From Botryllus schlosseri (taxonomy: Eukaryota): DNA of 64,000 nt. Shown piece after piece: positions 1 to 15,000 of the stretch. The notes beneath the pieces were generated by a model that was not told where the DNA came from, searched no databases, and worked only from the letters and a program-made list of their open reading frames with translations. Both the position numbers and the translations under genes were made by a program. Each line of letters starts with the position of its first letter. Position 1 is the first letter of the stretch. Location: positions 16,928,001 through 16,992,000 of the forward strand of contig CM119372.1 of assembly GCA_051294905.1 (NCBI GenBank), written 5' to 3'.

Positions 1-3000
1 GGGCGTTTTTCCGTCATCGAGTTTCTGCTTTATTGTGGCCTGAAAAAATTGTGATCCGATATGCTTAGTTTTTAATTAAAACTATACGCAATCATTCTCA
101 CTTAACCACATTCACATTGTTGGTATTGTTCACAGAAAGGGGCCTTACGCTATAGCCAACAGTCGGAAATGTCAATAAAGTAAACGGAACATTGAAATTA
201 GTAAGACCCAAACAGCATCCTGTCGTGACAAAAAGGGAAAGTAACGGTTTTTATCAGTTTTCATTTGGAGTTGTGTACCTCACTCCTGTCATCTCATCAT
301 TGCGGAGCAGAGACACGGTTGTGTAGCACCGAATGTGTAAGCCAAGGGATTAAATTAATCAGTGGGATCATGTCATCCGTGTCCAATCTGCATAACAATA
401 ATGCTTACCAAGTTCGTGAATTTATCTTGGCACGCAACTCGAATACGTTCCGCGGTCGCGGGACTGTCCAGTCGGAATGGTCCGGTCACACCGGCGTCCA
501 ATCGGGCGCTTTTGATTCCATCTTTAATCGCGCAAAGCACGGCGGTTCCAAGTAGTAGTGGAGGCTCTCCAACAGCCTGAAAGTATTGTCCAATTAGATC
601 GATTCTGATTTCATGACCCTGATTTGTATCATTTGAAACTATATTGGTGCAGTTGCAACTGAGTCTCACGTCGATAGGTTCAGGTTCAAACATGTGTCTT
701 GATCTCACCACTGGGTTAGTATGTATTTGAGTCTAGGGTATGTTCAAAATTGTCTAGGACTCAGGTATCAGTTCTGTAGTATGACTGCGGTGCGTTCAAG
801 TTTGTCTAGCGCTCAGGGGTCGTGTGTGGGGTGTGCAAGGAGTTCGAAATTGAGACCACGTAATTTTGAAATGCCGATTCAATCTCCCATATCTATTATA
901 GTTCATTTGGAATTAGCCAATTGGTATATCTCGCTATTGTGTTTCGCACAAACAATAAGATGGTACTTTCGAGTTGAAGCCTCGCATTCTGGAACTGATC
1001 TCCGAAAGGGAACAGCAGTGTCACATTGGCTATAAACGTTAAAAAAACACTGGTGTCGAGGCTCCTCGCCGCGAATGCAGGGTATACATATGCCCACGCA
1101 AATCACAATGGGTAATCATGACGCCATGCACTCTTCACTAATTCCAATTTAAGACACATTCTAATAGTCAACTCCATGTACTTTGGGTAAAAGATTACCG
1201 CTGTAATTCGGTAGATGCATTAAATGTTTTGACTACAATTTCCGCGAAATAACTTGAAAACAATTAATATCGAGCCGCATTGTCAGTGGCACTGAATACA
1301 TTCTGGTACACGACCGTTCATGAGACATGCATTTAGCTTACGCGGGACGAGTAAACGGCCTTATCGTTTGGTGAGTTACGCAGGAAATGTATGTTGAATT
1401 GTCGCGGTGTGTCACTCAACCCGGGTATTTTGTAAGATCCCGGTCCCACGGTCCATAGCTGTCCGGACGATGAGTGTAACGGCTCTTCCATAGTCATCAT
1501 TCCGTAACCTTGAGTGAATGCTCCTTCGACCTAACAATTTTTGAATGGTGAATGAACCCAGCGAAACAGATCATATTGGAAACGATACATATAATGATTA
1601 GTGTAAGTCGGAAAAAGCAAATACCATATTTTCTCAATAAAAAATCTTTTGGCGACACACTTCTCAAATAACAAAATATTTCGACAATTCATAGTCAGCA
1701 TCACGGTTCCTTATTGTAATTGCATCATATAAATGCTCGTGTGAAATATAGACCACCTGTCCGATATCGATTGCTGGATTGAGACTTCTACCAAGATCGA
1801 CTACTATGTCGGTCCTCAAAATTGCATGGTGTCCTGTTAATACATCGATCTCCACCATACTTGTCGCCGCTCCGCTCGCTTGGTAGCTGCTCCATTCGCC
1901 GATGGATGTGCCGGTTTTGCGATCCCATTCGTTAACGAGGTTGGGTACCCTGGTTGTAAAGAAGGTTTAAATCGGATTGGCCTATCGCGACACTGTGAGT
2001 ATATTCTACAGTGTTTCTTTGTACCTTACCATGGAAATAATGTTGATTATTCTGAGTAAATATAAGGTAACACCCAATACATGACCATTAGCTTTTTTGC
2101 CAAGTTAGTGGCCTGGTTCTATCCGGGTAGCGGAAGAGAGTCGGTCAAGAATTACATGCACTGAATTTCGGCTGAACACAGTGTGAAGGGGCTGAATTAT
2201 ATAAGAAGTGGAAAAACCTACGATCAAGTTTCGTATGTACCCAACACCTCCAAATACAATTGACCCCTAACTATTGTACCGCAAGAGTAAGGCAAAAATA
2301 CAGAACTAATGCAATCCGAGTTAATACGGATTTCAATTGGTCTGGTATGTAAATGACGAACATATTACTGATTTGGATGAAAGCAGATATACTGTGAGGG
2401 TGAGGAGTAGAAGAAAATACACATTTACCTGTAGAAGCCAGTTGCAGCAAGGCTTATTCTTTCCTTGTATGCCTTATCCACCAATGATGTCCACACAAGG
2501 TCAGGATTCTCTTGTTTCAATGGTTTTAATCGCTTAACAATCTTTTCGCATGCTATCTAAAAGTACCACATAATTTACATATCCGCACACATAAATGATT
2601 TGCGCCATCAAACATATATAAGTATATATACCTTCACTGCCATGCCATTCAAATCACTCCCGACACTCGCAGCAGTTGCTGATGCATTTGGAACAGACGC
2701 CGTGGACGTTTCCGCTACGTGAATCAAGTCGGTCGAAATTCCAAGGACTTTACTGGCAATCTGAACAACAAAGTTCATGCTGAGTTTCAATCACCGTGAA
2801 GATTTGAACCTCGAGTTAGTCACAAATTAACCGACATTGTCCTCACATCGAACACATGACGTGCTACAGAGATGCAGGGAAATTGACGTAGGTCAAAAGA
2901 ACCCTTTTGCGCTTTGAATATTCTTTGACATTATCCAGCTCTAGTCTCGTGAACAACATGCGATTTTCCGTGATTAACCTCAAATTTCAATGAAAGTATC

Positions 3001-6000
3001 AGAGCATTCCAATCTCCCAAAGATCCGCCGCATTAATATGCAGTAAATCAGCAATATCAACTTAAACAATACGGATCGTTTATAAATCACCTGAATGGTT
3101 TTGGTGTGAAGACCTTGTCCCATCTCCGTGCCTCCATGTGATAGTAGCACCGATCCGTCGGCATAGACAAGCACCAGGGCACCGCCTTGGTTCAAAAATT
3201 TCAAACCGAAGGCAACGGTAAATTTAGACGACACGCATGATATCCCACGCTTCTTCCATCTGTATTAGTGTTAATATCCGAGTCACAAAAATGGTTATTC
3301 AAGCGGGTAAACACCGATCGGTGAATTTGAAAAAACCTCAGTTCAACGCATGTCAATCCTACATGTCATTCAGTTTATCCACACCTGTTCGCTTTGTTGA
3401 ACTCATCAACTTGCTCCCTGTGCATGTCGAATAAGCTTTTCCGATAACATTCGCCCCAGCACTCGCGTAGTTTCAATCCTTCCATTGGACACCCATAGAT
3501 AACGATGTCGCCATCTTTAAGCATGTTTACAGACCGCACCTGCGGATTAGTTAGCAACTCGCTGTAACGTTTAAATGTCGAAATACATAACTATCAAGCA
3601 TCAACCAAGTCAATCTGATCTTGGATCGAACTTGATCACTGTGTCAGTGTTTGAATCCCACGCCTACTCAAATTTATATTGGTTGAGGGCCGATAACTTA
3701 AACTGTAGGTGCGCTATATGCGAGATGTTGGTGCAAAACGTAGGTCTAACGGCTCTTCGGAATCGTAAAGATTCATTACATGAGACCCGCGTATCCGCCC
3801 GACACTTACTTGTATTTCAATGCTAGTCCCTCACCTTTTCAGGAGCTATGTTCAGGTGATAAGCCACCCGAGTGATCCAATCCTCGACGATAACATTGGA
3901 TTGCGGGGATCCGAATCCACGAAAAGCCGTGTTTGAAGCGATATGCGTCTGGCAAACGTAACCGGTGACTTCCATATGAGGTATTCTGCGTGAAAACTGA
4001 CGGGTAGTACAGGTTGCTAATATGCAACGTTTGGAGAAGCATACTCGAAACTGTTATCCGCCTGGCGCACCGCTTTCTCCATCACTGGGCTCGACAAATC
4101 GCTGGTGTTTCCGCCGTTGCAATAATATTGGATATCCAAAGCTAGAATCCGCCCATCGTCTCTGCAGCCGATCTAAAAATGTAGTTATTTTATCACCAGC
4201 ACGGAATGACATAAGTTTAGGAATTGTGTGATTGGGAACTACCTTGTACCGCGCCAGGAAAGGATGCCTTCCGCCCGTTATTTGCATGTCGTGCTGTCGT
4301 GTCAGGACACATCGGACTGGCTTGCCGTGTCTAAGCAAATGGGTGATAGTCTTGAGTAAATGTATGTATTTCAATCAATACACGTTAATTAGACTTGACT
4401 ACCACGGATTTTCGAACTTCGTCATCATGGTTGTATCGAATATAAAGGGTGGTACTAGGGATGGTGTGAACCTCTGAAACGTTCAGGTTCGTGTGAACGC
4501 GAACATTTTTGAAAGGTTCTGTGTGAACGCGAACGTGAACCTCATGGCGTCATGTGACGTCATATTGCTAAGTCCAACCCTACATTTCAGAGAAGTGATA
4601 GCCTGTATTAATGTGCACGATGCCTAGCGGCGACTCGGGCCACATAATGCCACAATGCTGACCTTTTAAACTTCGCCAAATGTATCAGCTGGGGCTATGA
4701 AATGATATAATAATCCCATAAAATCAGTATCTTCTGTCGCTTTGTTAAAAATTTCGACGAGGACTTGCAAGGGGATATAAGCTTACGCCTGGTCTATCCA
4801 AGACCGAACAATGCATTCGGAGTCTGAGTATTGCTACGTTGATATTGAGCATCAGAGTGTAAAACGGGTTTCTGCACTTGCTACCGATATTACCCCATTA
4901 ACGAGTTATACAGCAGTAGCCAACTCCCCAATTGCACGGATTTGGTTTTTATGATACAATAAACATATGAAGTCAATATTGACCGTGGCCCCGTATGCCT
5001 GCTAGATTTTTTAAAATATGACAACGATAACAATTTCATTGATTGGTTGAATCAGCATCATTCGCTGAGATTGTCAGGTGCATGTTCGTTTAGTGTTGAT
5101 TTTTTTATGCTGCTAGCGCCATGCATAGAGTGGCTGCAGTTGAAATACAATAAATTTCAACCAAAGATGTTATAATGAGGCAAAAAATGTTATATATTAA
5201 AAAGGTTCACAGTGCAGAACCTTCCAAGGTTCGTTTGTGAACGTGAACCTCTAAATTTTCGAGGTTCACGCACAGAACGCGAACGTGAACCTCACGTTCA
5301 CACCATCCCTACTGCTAACACACACTAATCTTATGATCTACATCCGGACAGGATCATATCTGTATCAAAATAGTGCACTCGAGTCTAAGGACGAGTGGGC
5401 TTAAAATGTTAAATTGAAAAACGCTGCTGTTGTTTCCCATTTCGAAATCATAAAGGTACGACGTGACGCGTTGGCGCAGAAGTTATGGAGTCATTGCGTG
5501 TGCTTCTTTCGTGAATGTCGTTTCTTCATCCAAATTTGTATAACAGTGTAAACCGTATAGTTTACCGCGACCATGAAACTATATACCCCTCATCATCATA
5601 ACTATAGAATTATTCACTTACTTTTTGGCCGCCACCGCGGCTGGGCTGGATACTTTGCAGAACCTGGTTTCTTTCCCCCCGAATCCTCCCCCGATTCTCT
5701 TAACCCTCGCCATAACTTTGTTCCTTGAGACGCCAAGACACGCGGCTGTCTGTAAAAGAGATAACTCTGGATTAAAGCCTATTTCCAGTACTGCGACAAT
5801 TTTTCATTCGCGGATACCATATTTTGGAGTGCCGTAGGATCCTGAGATGAGCACCATATCTCCATTTCGTTCTCTCCGTTTCTCGGAATCGCGATGCAGC
5901 CGTGAGTCTCCAAATAGAAATGTTCCTGCCCTCCAACCCTGGAACAGGTTTCCGATCACCATCAACGGCGAGATATTGAAAGAAAAAAAGTTTACCTGAC

Positions 6001-9000
6001 TTCTCCTTCTAGCACATGATCGCAATCTTTGAACCCTTCGCGAAGGTTACCCTTGGCCAATTTCATAATTTCGTAGTACGATTCATGTTCGATGGCATCC
6101 TATATTGCATAAGAAAGTCACCCACAATCCACGCGATATTCCATATTGTCCTCACGGACCATGTTACTAACTTATATGAAGATTACTTCGTTGGGCCGAT
6201 TGCAGAAGATGTAGATAAAATTAGGATCTTGGTAGCTTTCGCACTCTATTTAACAGCCAATTCTAAATTAAAGCTTTAGCACATGATGAAGTAGCTGCGC
6301 TGCGGAAGCTCATGTAACGAATAAAGTTATTAATTTGTAGGTGGGCGTTGATGGCGAGAAAGCTACCAAGATTGCTTATTAATTCACGAATCTTGTCCTT
6401 GTGGCTTATCGAATACGAAAAAATTATGGCTTCTTAAGTATAGGAGAGCGTAAATATTATACACATGGCGCCTACGCCCGTGCTACGAACCTCTATCGTA
6501 ATAATCTTCGGTTGCAAATCTTCGTATTCTATCTTCACGAGCCTTGCCGCTTTCATTGCGTGCTCATGGGTGTCTGCTAAAATGCTTCCAATCACGTGGC
6601 CAAAACATGTTACCTACGATGACATTTCAATGTTACACGTGACCGCTAGGCTTGGCTGCCAAAGTTATACTTCGCCATCCGCGAACACGTCTTCGTCAAA
6701 ATGTGTAATATTTTTTCCCATGACATCTCCAACATCAACATAGTCAACAACTCCAGGCGACTGCAAGGCGGCGGTTGTGTCTACTGATAATATTTTCGCA
6801 TGGGCTCTAGTGCTGTACACCAACACCATGTTCAGTTCGTCTGAAAGAAACGATCAGTGTTACGAGCTGTATCCATATTTATTAAACACCGCGCTATATG
6901 CATGCCTCGGAATGGCGGTATGTCATCCAAGTACTGCGCTTCTCCAGTGACTTGTTTCAAACTAGAAACGTGTGGCATGGGACGTCCCACCATATCGTCA
7001 GGATGCTGGTCTGACAGCACCTAAACGTGTAAAAATCAAAATAAATGTCGGGAAATGGAACGTCCCTTGTTGAACTGATACGCTACTAACATTTTCCCAG
7101 GTTTGTTCGCTTTCAAACGGTTGATCTTCCGCTGAAATATGTTGAAAGATCTGTCTGCTGAGTTTTACGTTGTTTTCCTGAAACGAAATGGTGGTTTACA
7201 AGTTAAATGTAATCGGTATCATAAATCCACAATTTAATCTTCGATTGCAATATAGCGGTGCAAAATCCAAAATAAATCAAATGCGATTTTAACCAGGGAT
7301 TATTCATATATTAAGACTCTCTGTTGATCCGTGCATTTATAGCCAAGATGACCTTCTCATAATCAACCTTATAAATGTGAGAAAAGAATGATGGTGATTC
7401 AAAATTCACATTCAGGCCCTTCGTTCATAAATATGCTATATTCGTGCTGACCTCAAGTACATTTCTTTCGACGAGGGACGCAAATGTACGGTGATAGAAC
7501 TTGAAGAAGAAGCTCGTCACCAAAGCGCGTCTGTATTCCGCCATACCACCGGGTGCATCGAGAGATAACTGCATTTCTTCGCTGAGCCACTGGCAAGTAT
7601 CTTCGAGTAATGCGTTATCCCAACGCCTGTATATTGAGATACGGCTCCGTGTTGGATGCTCTTAATTTGTATACGGTAACAAGGAATAGCGTATAACAGT
7701 GGTTCTTACCTGGTGTTCCAAGGAACACCAGAGGCTCCCTGAGCTGTATAGTCTCAGGAGTTCTCTGGAGGAGTAGACACATACTCAACTCATACGTATG
7801 ACTTGTTATGAATATGATACGCGCGTCCTGGCAATCATTGGTTGCAGGTAGTTAGGATAGTGGCGTACGCAGGGGTTTGGGTTTCAAAATCGATGCCCCG
7901 TCCTCTTGAAGTGCTTATTCTATATATCAATGGGCTTATGTATATATTAGATCCTCCCTTCTCTAACAAAGTCAAGACATGATGTTATTCTTCCCTTTGC
8001 ACATACTTTCGAATCGGTCTAGTTTTTAAATGGATTTTGAAAGAAGTTGAAATTTTGTGAAAATGAACTATATTGTAGCCTCGCATTTCTGAACTGGTAT
8101 CCGAAACGGAACAGCAGAAGTAACACTGATTTGCGATACATATTCATCATAACGTTTTTGTTTCGTGTAGAAATTATATTTTAATGGTTTTGTTCATTAG
8201 ATGTGTAGTTGATGTGTATTGTGGTATATTTTGGATCACGGACTCCGCGAATATTTGCGGTTCCGCGAAGGCTTTCTGATTAGCATAACTGTCCCGCAGG
8301 TTAATAAAGGTTAAGAAGCTCCGGCGTATAATATGTAGTCACTAATGAAGTAGGTACGTTTAATTTGAATTGTCAAGTATAGGTTGCCGCTACGTATCAC
8401 TTCATTCACATCACCTGCCGACGGCTCTTTGCATTGTTTTCGTCGCCATTTTGGTGACTGCTGCCATTCCTCCGAAAGCCATCGACAGTTTACTGACGGT
8501 GCTCGTGTTAGGTTCGAAAGTGACGGCCATCGCGGCATTCACGATCGCGATATCGTCATCTTTTCGTTTGGATTGCTTGTATGCTTCCATGACATCATTC
8601 TGAATCGACATTACCATAGCGTGTATGCATTTTTGATCATCTTAGCGCGGTCGTGATTTCGTAGAATTATAATTATATGACCCGTCCACCAGTGTAGTAG
8701 CAAACACTGCGGTTCCTCAGAGCAATATAGAAACAAAGTTAGAAATAGGATATGCTCCAGTAAATATCTGCAAATGGACATGATTACAAATACTGGCAGT
8801 TTTAAAGGTGGGGTGAAGTCTAAAAGCGGAATTAATGTCAAACTTGAGGTAAAGACATTGTCGAGGCTCGACTCTTCCTCGATCTTCGGGCATTATTCTC
8901 ACCTCTGAGAGAAAGGGAATGTCGATGCTGATCAACACTTCGTCAGGCGTCGTGTTTGTTCTTCTGTATCCGGTGAAAAAGCTGTCATCCATGATAACTT

Positions 9001-12000
9001 CTCGCCGTCCGCCTTTTGTTGATTCGAAGACCAGTTTTGCTCCGCATGTCATAAGTATGGGATTCAAGTCCGAGATTGGACTGCCGGTCATGATATTTCC
9101 ACCCAAGCACTGCCAAAAAGAGGATGTGCTATGCGTATTGGGCTATGAACTGGCCTAATCAGCATTCCACCGGTATCTTAGTTAGCCAGAAACTTTATAA
9201 TAAGGCAACAAGGCCCACCTCACTAAAATATTTCCCTCATTTTGAAATCAAAACGTCGGGATCGACTGAAAATGCATAACCGTGAAACTATGAAATGCAT
9301 TACCAATGAACAGAGCTTTTCAAGTTATGACCTTCTTTCCATTGCTCATTACGAATTGGTAATCGAACATCAAACCAAATCAGACCAAATTACATTGATT
9401 ATTCCGGAGACTCTAATTTAAATTGAAAACTATGAAGCACATTGCGTCGCAGTTTCGCACTGACACAGGGTCACTTTACACTCTACACTTTTCACATGGC
9501 CACTTTACACTTAACACTTTACAATCGGCGATTATTGTGTTCACCATCTCAAGACAGACAATCTACAAATTGATATACAGACGCAATTCGATGTAATGAA
9601 CAGATAGGAAGATGTCGCAGGGTCGATGTGCAGTATATATCGAGTTCATCGGATTCGTGGCCACGAGTGCATGAGCTAAATTGCTCAGCTGCTGATGGTG
9701 TTCGTTAGTATCCCGGAAACTCAGATTGTTATGCAACAATGGTGAGATTATAGCATCTCTAAATCAGTATGAGGAAAGATAGAGGCCAGCATAATATAGG
9801 TCATAGGACTATAATCGAATCATTCGAACGTACCAGTTGTGTGACTTGGCAGTGCCATAAACAATGACTGAAGTACATGTCGAGACAATCTGAAAGGTGA
9901 CCAAAGTCGAGTCGAATCATTTGTCATGATAAAAAATGAATCAGTCATGACTCGATGCAACCCTGATCTGTATGTACCATTGTACCCGTATCTCCAAAAT
10001 TGCATGGAGATGTTCAGTGTGGATTCAAATTCAACGACAGACTTCCGAAACTGATAGTCATTCCATATTTCTCATAAGGCGAGTCCGGATATTGTAAAAA
10101 CGTGACTCGTGTCAAGTCATTTTGTCGGTAGGGTTGGGATATATGTAAATAAACATATTTAGAGTGTCTGGCTATCATGACACTCGGTATTCTGAATGCC
10201 TCTCAATTATGATAGTCGTTATTTTGAACGCGTGCCAACCAAGGGTTTAAAATAGTGGTTCCCAACCTTTTCCGACTCATCGCGCCCTTATCAACTTCCA
10301 CACGAATTTTCACCTTCATATTTAAGTATCCGAAAAAAAGGACATATAATCGGGAAATTGATTCACCTAACTGAGGTCGCTGGTGAATTTACCAAAAAGG
10401 TCATTTTTTCGATGTGGTAGGTGCTCGGAAAACCGGTTTCCGCGTCTACTTTCTGTTGAGTTGACCAGCTTTTCGCGTCATTTTGAGAATAAGCCGTCTT
10501 TACGTGCATTTTTATCGTGGTAATTAAGTACTGGACGTTATAACATATTCGCCCCCGTTTTTCTCAAAATCACCCACGTTGGGAACCACTGGTTTAAGAT
10601 AAATCGACGGTGTAATTGCGTAACACGGAACAATGATGCATCGATTGGTTGATAACGAAGTGACTTACAGCTACATTCCTGATTTGGGATCCGGCAAACA
10701 GCTGGAGCATATTTAAAAACGCGTTGAAGACTTGTCCCTCGGCTTTCGACTTCTCAGTACAGACCTTGCGAAGAAAATATTCGACATGCGCCAAATTACA
10801 CGACGCGCCGATTCGTACACCTGAATAACACAAATATATTACATGGTGATATAACTGCAGTATATATTTGTAGAGATGTGTATACTATCCTAATCGACGT
10901 GGTCATACACTACGTGAGGACGGCATCACATGACTCGAACGGCGCCACGCGCCACGCTAAATTCACTATATTAATAGTAATAAGAAATAATAACATTATG
11001 CGTATCTGCTGATGGTGCAACAATCGTGAATCGGAACTATTTATTCTTATCCGCAAGGCGCATAGTTTAATCACCTTATTACTAGGGAAAGTGTTTGCTA
11101 CTTTTTACAGCTTTCGGCAGTTTCTTAAATACTCAGAATTTATGTAGTTTGCTGGTGTTATAAGCTGTTTCTCAAAATTTTATATCGCAGCTTTTTTATA
11201 TATTTCATGCAACTTTTACTGCAAATGTTATCAAGTATTGCGCAAAATGTAAAGGAGTGATTTAAAAGACAGGCTATAAAACAAGTTCCAGTATTATTCT
11301 ATTCTCTTTGATTTGCATAACAAAGAGCTGTGTGATGGATTAGCTGCAACTCAATGTTATCTATGATGCAGCAGTCGTCTTGCAAGCTCGAAGTTAAACA
11401 ACCCCAGCTCAGCACGACAGCTCCCGAACCTAGTTAGAAATGGATGTATGACTTCGCTTCTAACCAAAGATCGCACTAATGAAAAGAGGTTGTGCCTGGT
11501 CGTTCGCGAGGTCAACCTGCGGTCCGACGGAGGTTTTTTGTGCTACCCGCTACTCATTTTCACTTCAAGTAGTATTTTGAACTTTGAACCTGGGCCTAAT
11601 TAAGATTTACCAGTCCGCTTCTAGGGGCGCGGTAATAGTATAGTATGGGGAATGTTACCATCTCCGTTCTCCTTTTTCTTTCTCGTGCATGAGTGAAAAT
11701 GAAGAGAGATTGATGCGCAATAATGCCTCGGAGACTGACTGAATGGGGCTAGAGTGCTAGTTGCCAGTTAGGACGCTTGTTTGTATAGTGCAGTGTTGAT
11801 TGGCCGTTGGTAATTCGCAACTTATGCATAAATGCAACTTTTAACTGCAACTTCTGTTAAAATTAAGTGCAACTTTCTCACCATTTTAGTGCAACAAAAA
11901 CTTGCCCTACTTATTACCTAAACAGCTTCATTACACAGCTAAAACATCCGAACCGTTACGCGCAGGGGTCGGCAACCTTTTACTAGTCGCGGGCCAAATT

Positions 12001-15000
12001 TCGGGTGTGCAACTTTTTGGCGGGCCGGAATTTTTCTTAGTACTATATTTTACGCTCACTTCGGTATATTATCCTACATTGCTGCAATCTCAATCATACT
12101 AATCAGACACATGTATTTACACTTCCACAACACAGAATAAATGTGACAATTGACGTAGCTTGCTTTGTGAAAGGTTTTCAACTTCTGGTAACAAGTCAGA
12201 CGAAACAAAAATCAGACCCTATTCAAAATGGACGTCCGAAATACGTGATCGTAGCTTGCTCTTCGTGAATTTCATTGTTCAAAACTATTGTTCACATGCG
12301 TACGTGCTTCCAAAAATCGATGCAATTTCTTTTGCATTGTTGGTCAAGCTGGGATAAAGACCAATTTCAAGAACGTACTCTTTGTCAAAGTCATGCAGCA
12401 TATGCTCTTTGTATGAAATTTGTCATTCAATTCAACTGCATCGCATTTCAGAAAAGCCCATTTGAAATTTTCGGGCAATGGTTCCACATTAAACGGAGTA
12501 CTGAATAGTCAGAATTCATTTTGTAGAGAAGGAATGTCGGAAAAGCGGGTGAATATTCAGTAGTTAAATTTCGTATCACAGTTACAAATGTAGTGTTGGT
12601 ACTAGGTTTTCTCTCCTCCAGTATAGGAAAGTGAGCATAATTTTCTTAGTACTCTTGACATTTCCAGAGTCACAGATTTGTTTTGAATGCGCCTCAACAT
12701 CTCATGTATTTAGTTGTTTTCCCCCTGAAGTTGCAAATTCAATTTGTTCAGATGTGACGTTAAATGTACCAGGAAAGGAAGATGAGATACCCATTTTCGA
12801 TTACAAGATTATGAGTCAGCGATATTTTTATTTTCGAGGAAAGTTGCTATTTCATTTCTCAGTTCATACACTCGTGTAAGCATAGCTGCTCGACTTAATG
12901 CGCGAACATGACAGATATAGGCCTACATGATATCGCCATATTGATTCTCCGCTTCTAGTAATATCTGGCGTAACTGATTCAGATAATGAGACAAAAATCA
13001 TATTAACAGTTTTCACCATTGTGGCCAAAACACTATTCACACAATGCCTTCTGGAGAATTAAACTATAGATAGGCTAACTAACATACGGAGGCTAGTTAT
13101 CTATAATTGAACAGTTTCAGATTCTGTCATTGCGTCTGAGATGTTCCAAGCGTTTTTGAAGCAAAGGAAGGACACCTTTATCGTCACACCCCATTAGAGT
13201 GGTAAACCCTTTAAAAAGTATGGAACACCTTCGGTTGCGAGATACACCCGATTGATAAGTACTGATCCAGTCTAGTCTATCTTCCTCTCCTACTTCAACC
13301 ACCTTCGTTTTATGGCGTAAAAATAGACTAATACGATATAGGCTACTATTATATCGTAGCAATGCCGCATTTTTTTCATGCAGTGCTGCACTGCAGATTG
13401 AAACTCATTATGAAACGGCTGGCCGTATTCTTGTGATAACTAATTATTATGTCGCGGGCCGGACGATTTCGCTTGGCGGGCCGGATCCGGCCCGCGGGCC
13501 GTAGGTTGCCGACCCTTGCGTTACGGTATTGGACACTAATGGATGGAGAAAATACGTTTCGCAGATGAAATCGAAAATATATCTGTAATACGGCGAATTC
13601 CGCGTTTACTTTTATTACAGTAGTTTTTGTATAATTAACAAAAAAATTTAGTGCATATGGCCTGACAGCCCTTTGCAGCTCGGTCAATGAAAACTCACAT
13701 TGGAAGCCACAGAAGGAGGGTAGGCCTACATAAGTGACAAGACGGATAAAGCAGCGTCGTAACTTGCATTGACGTTGAAACATAGATCGATACAATCTTG
13801 CATTCAAAGAGGCATACGCTACCTGTAGCTCTTTCTTCAATCTCCCATAGTTCCGTTACATTTACCGGATATATCAGGTTCCCATAGCAATAACCTTTTA
13901 CGTTCATTTCGACTCCGACTTCCGTATTGCCCACAACTATTTTCGACTCCGGAAAGCGCGACTTCAAATCCAACAGTTCCTTCAGGTCTGCTGGTTCGTG
14001 CCAGGCCACGTTCTCCCCGACGAAAGTTAAAGACTCAGGGGCTTTTTGGCACTCCAACTGAAATAACGCGCATACGGTGCATCGGTCATCGCAAACTTGA
14101 CAACGCGCAATAAATGACTTCTGTGCAGCAATACCTTGAGCTCGGGTGGAAATATCGGTTCTTGGGTGGGCTCGTATGGATTCCATGCTGTTGCCGATTT
14201 GACTGAATGGAAGGTCGATTGATTATTTCTAACTTAATACGAACTGCAGCTGCAGGTTTGGTTTCTCACCATCACGACTGCCATTCTGCTTTTTGCAACA
14301 CTGATCCCCCTTGTCGCAGGTGAAGGTTTCGAAGGCTTTAACAAATAGGTCGGATTAATGTCCGTTGATATATTAGTTAGAGAGTTAACGAGGTGATCAC
14401 TCTTTGAAAATTAATTGTCGTACCGGATATGATCGACCTATATCCAGTACAGCGGCACAGATTTCCTTGAAGGCATGTTTCCACTTCTTTGAAAGACGGA
14501 CATTTGTTGTTGCGAAGAAGCGCGTACATGGACATTACGAATCCAGGCGTGCAGAATCCGCACTGCGATCCGTGATAAGCAGCCAAACGCTCCTGTACTT
14601 GATGCAACTTGGTTTTGGTGTTGCCGATGCCTTCCACGGTTGTCACCGCGCACATATGGGCAGAGGTGACAGGGGCAAGGCATGCGTTTACGGCAAAATG
14701 CCTGGAAGAAATGGAGCAATTATATCCAACTGTGTAATCCGAAACGCCTGTTTTATCGACTTCAACATAACCGGCCGGTATTAAAACATGCACCATCGTA
14801 TCCGATCATACAAAGTGGTAACTGAAGTCTTGAAGTCTGAGTAGCTTGAAGGAGAATTACTAGGGATGGTGTGAAGGTGAACGTCAGGTTCACGTTCGCG
14901 TTCTGTGTGTGGACCTCAGAAATTTTGAGGTTCACGTTCACAAACAAAACTTGGAAGGTTCTGGACTGTAAACCTTTTTCATATATTACAATTTTCACTT

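Noticed and set aside
14404..14784. Plus-strand ORFs overlapping XDH exons (for example 265-555, 14404-14784, 47905-48222, 49738-50052)
   Set aside because: These are antisense shadows of coding exons with no recognisable protein features.
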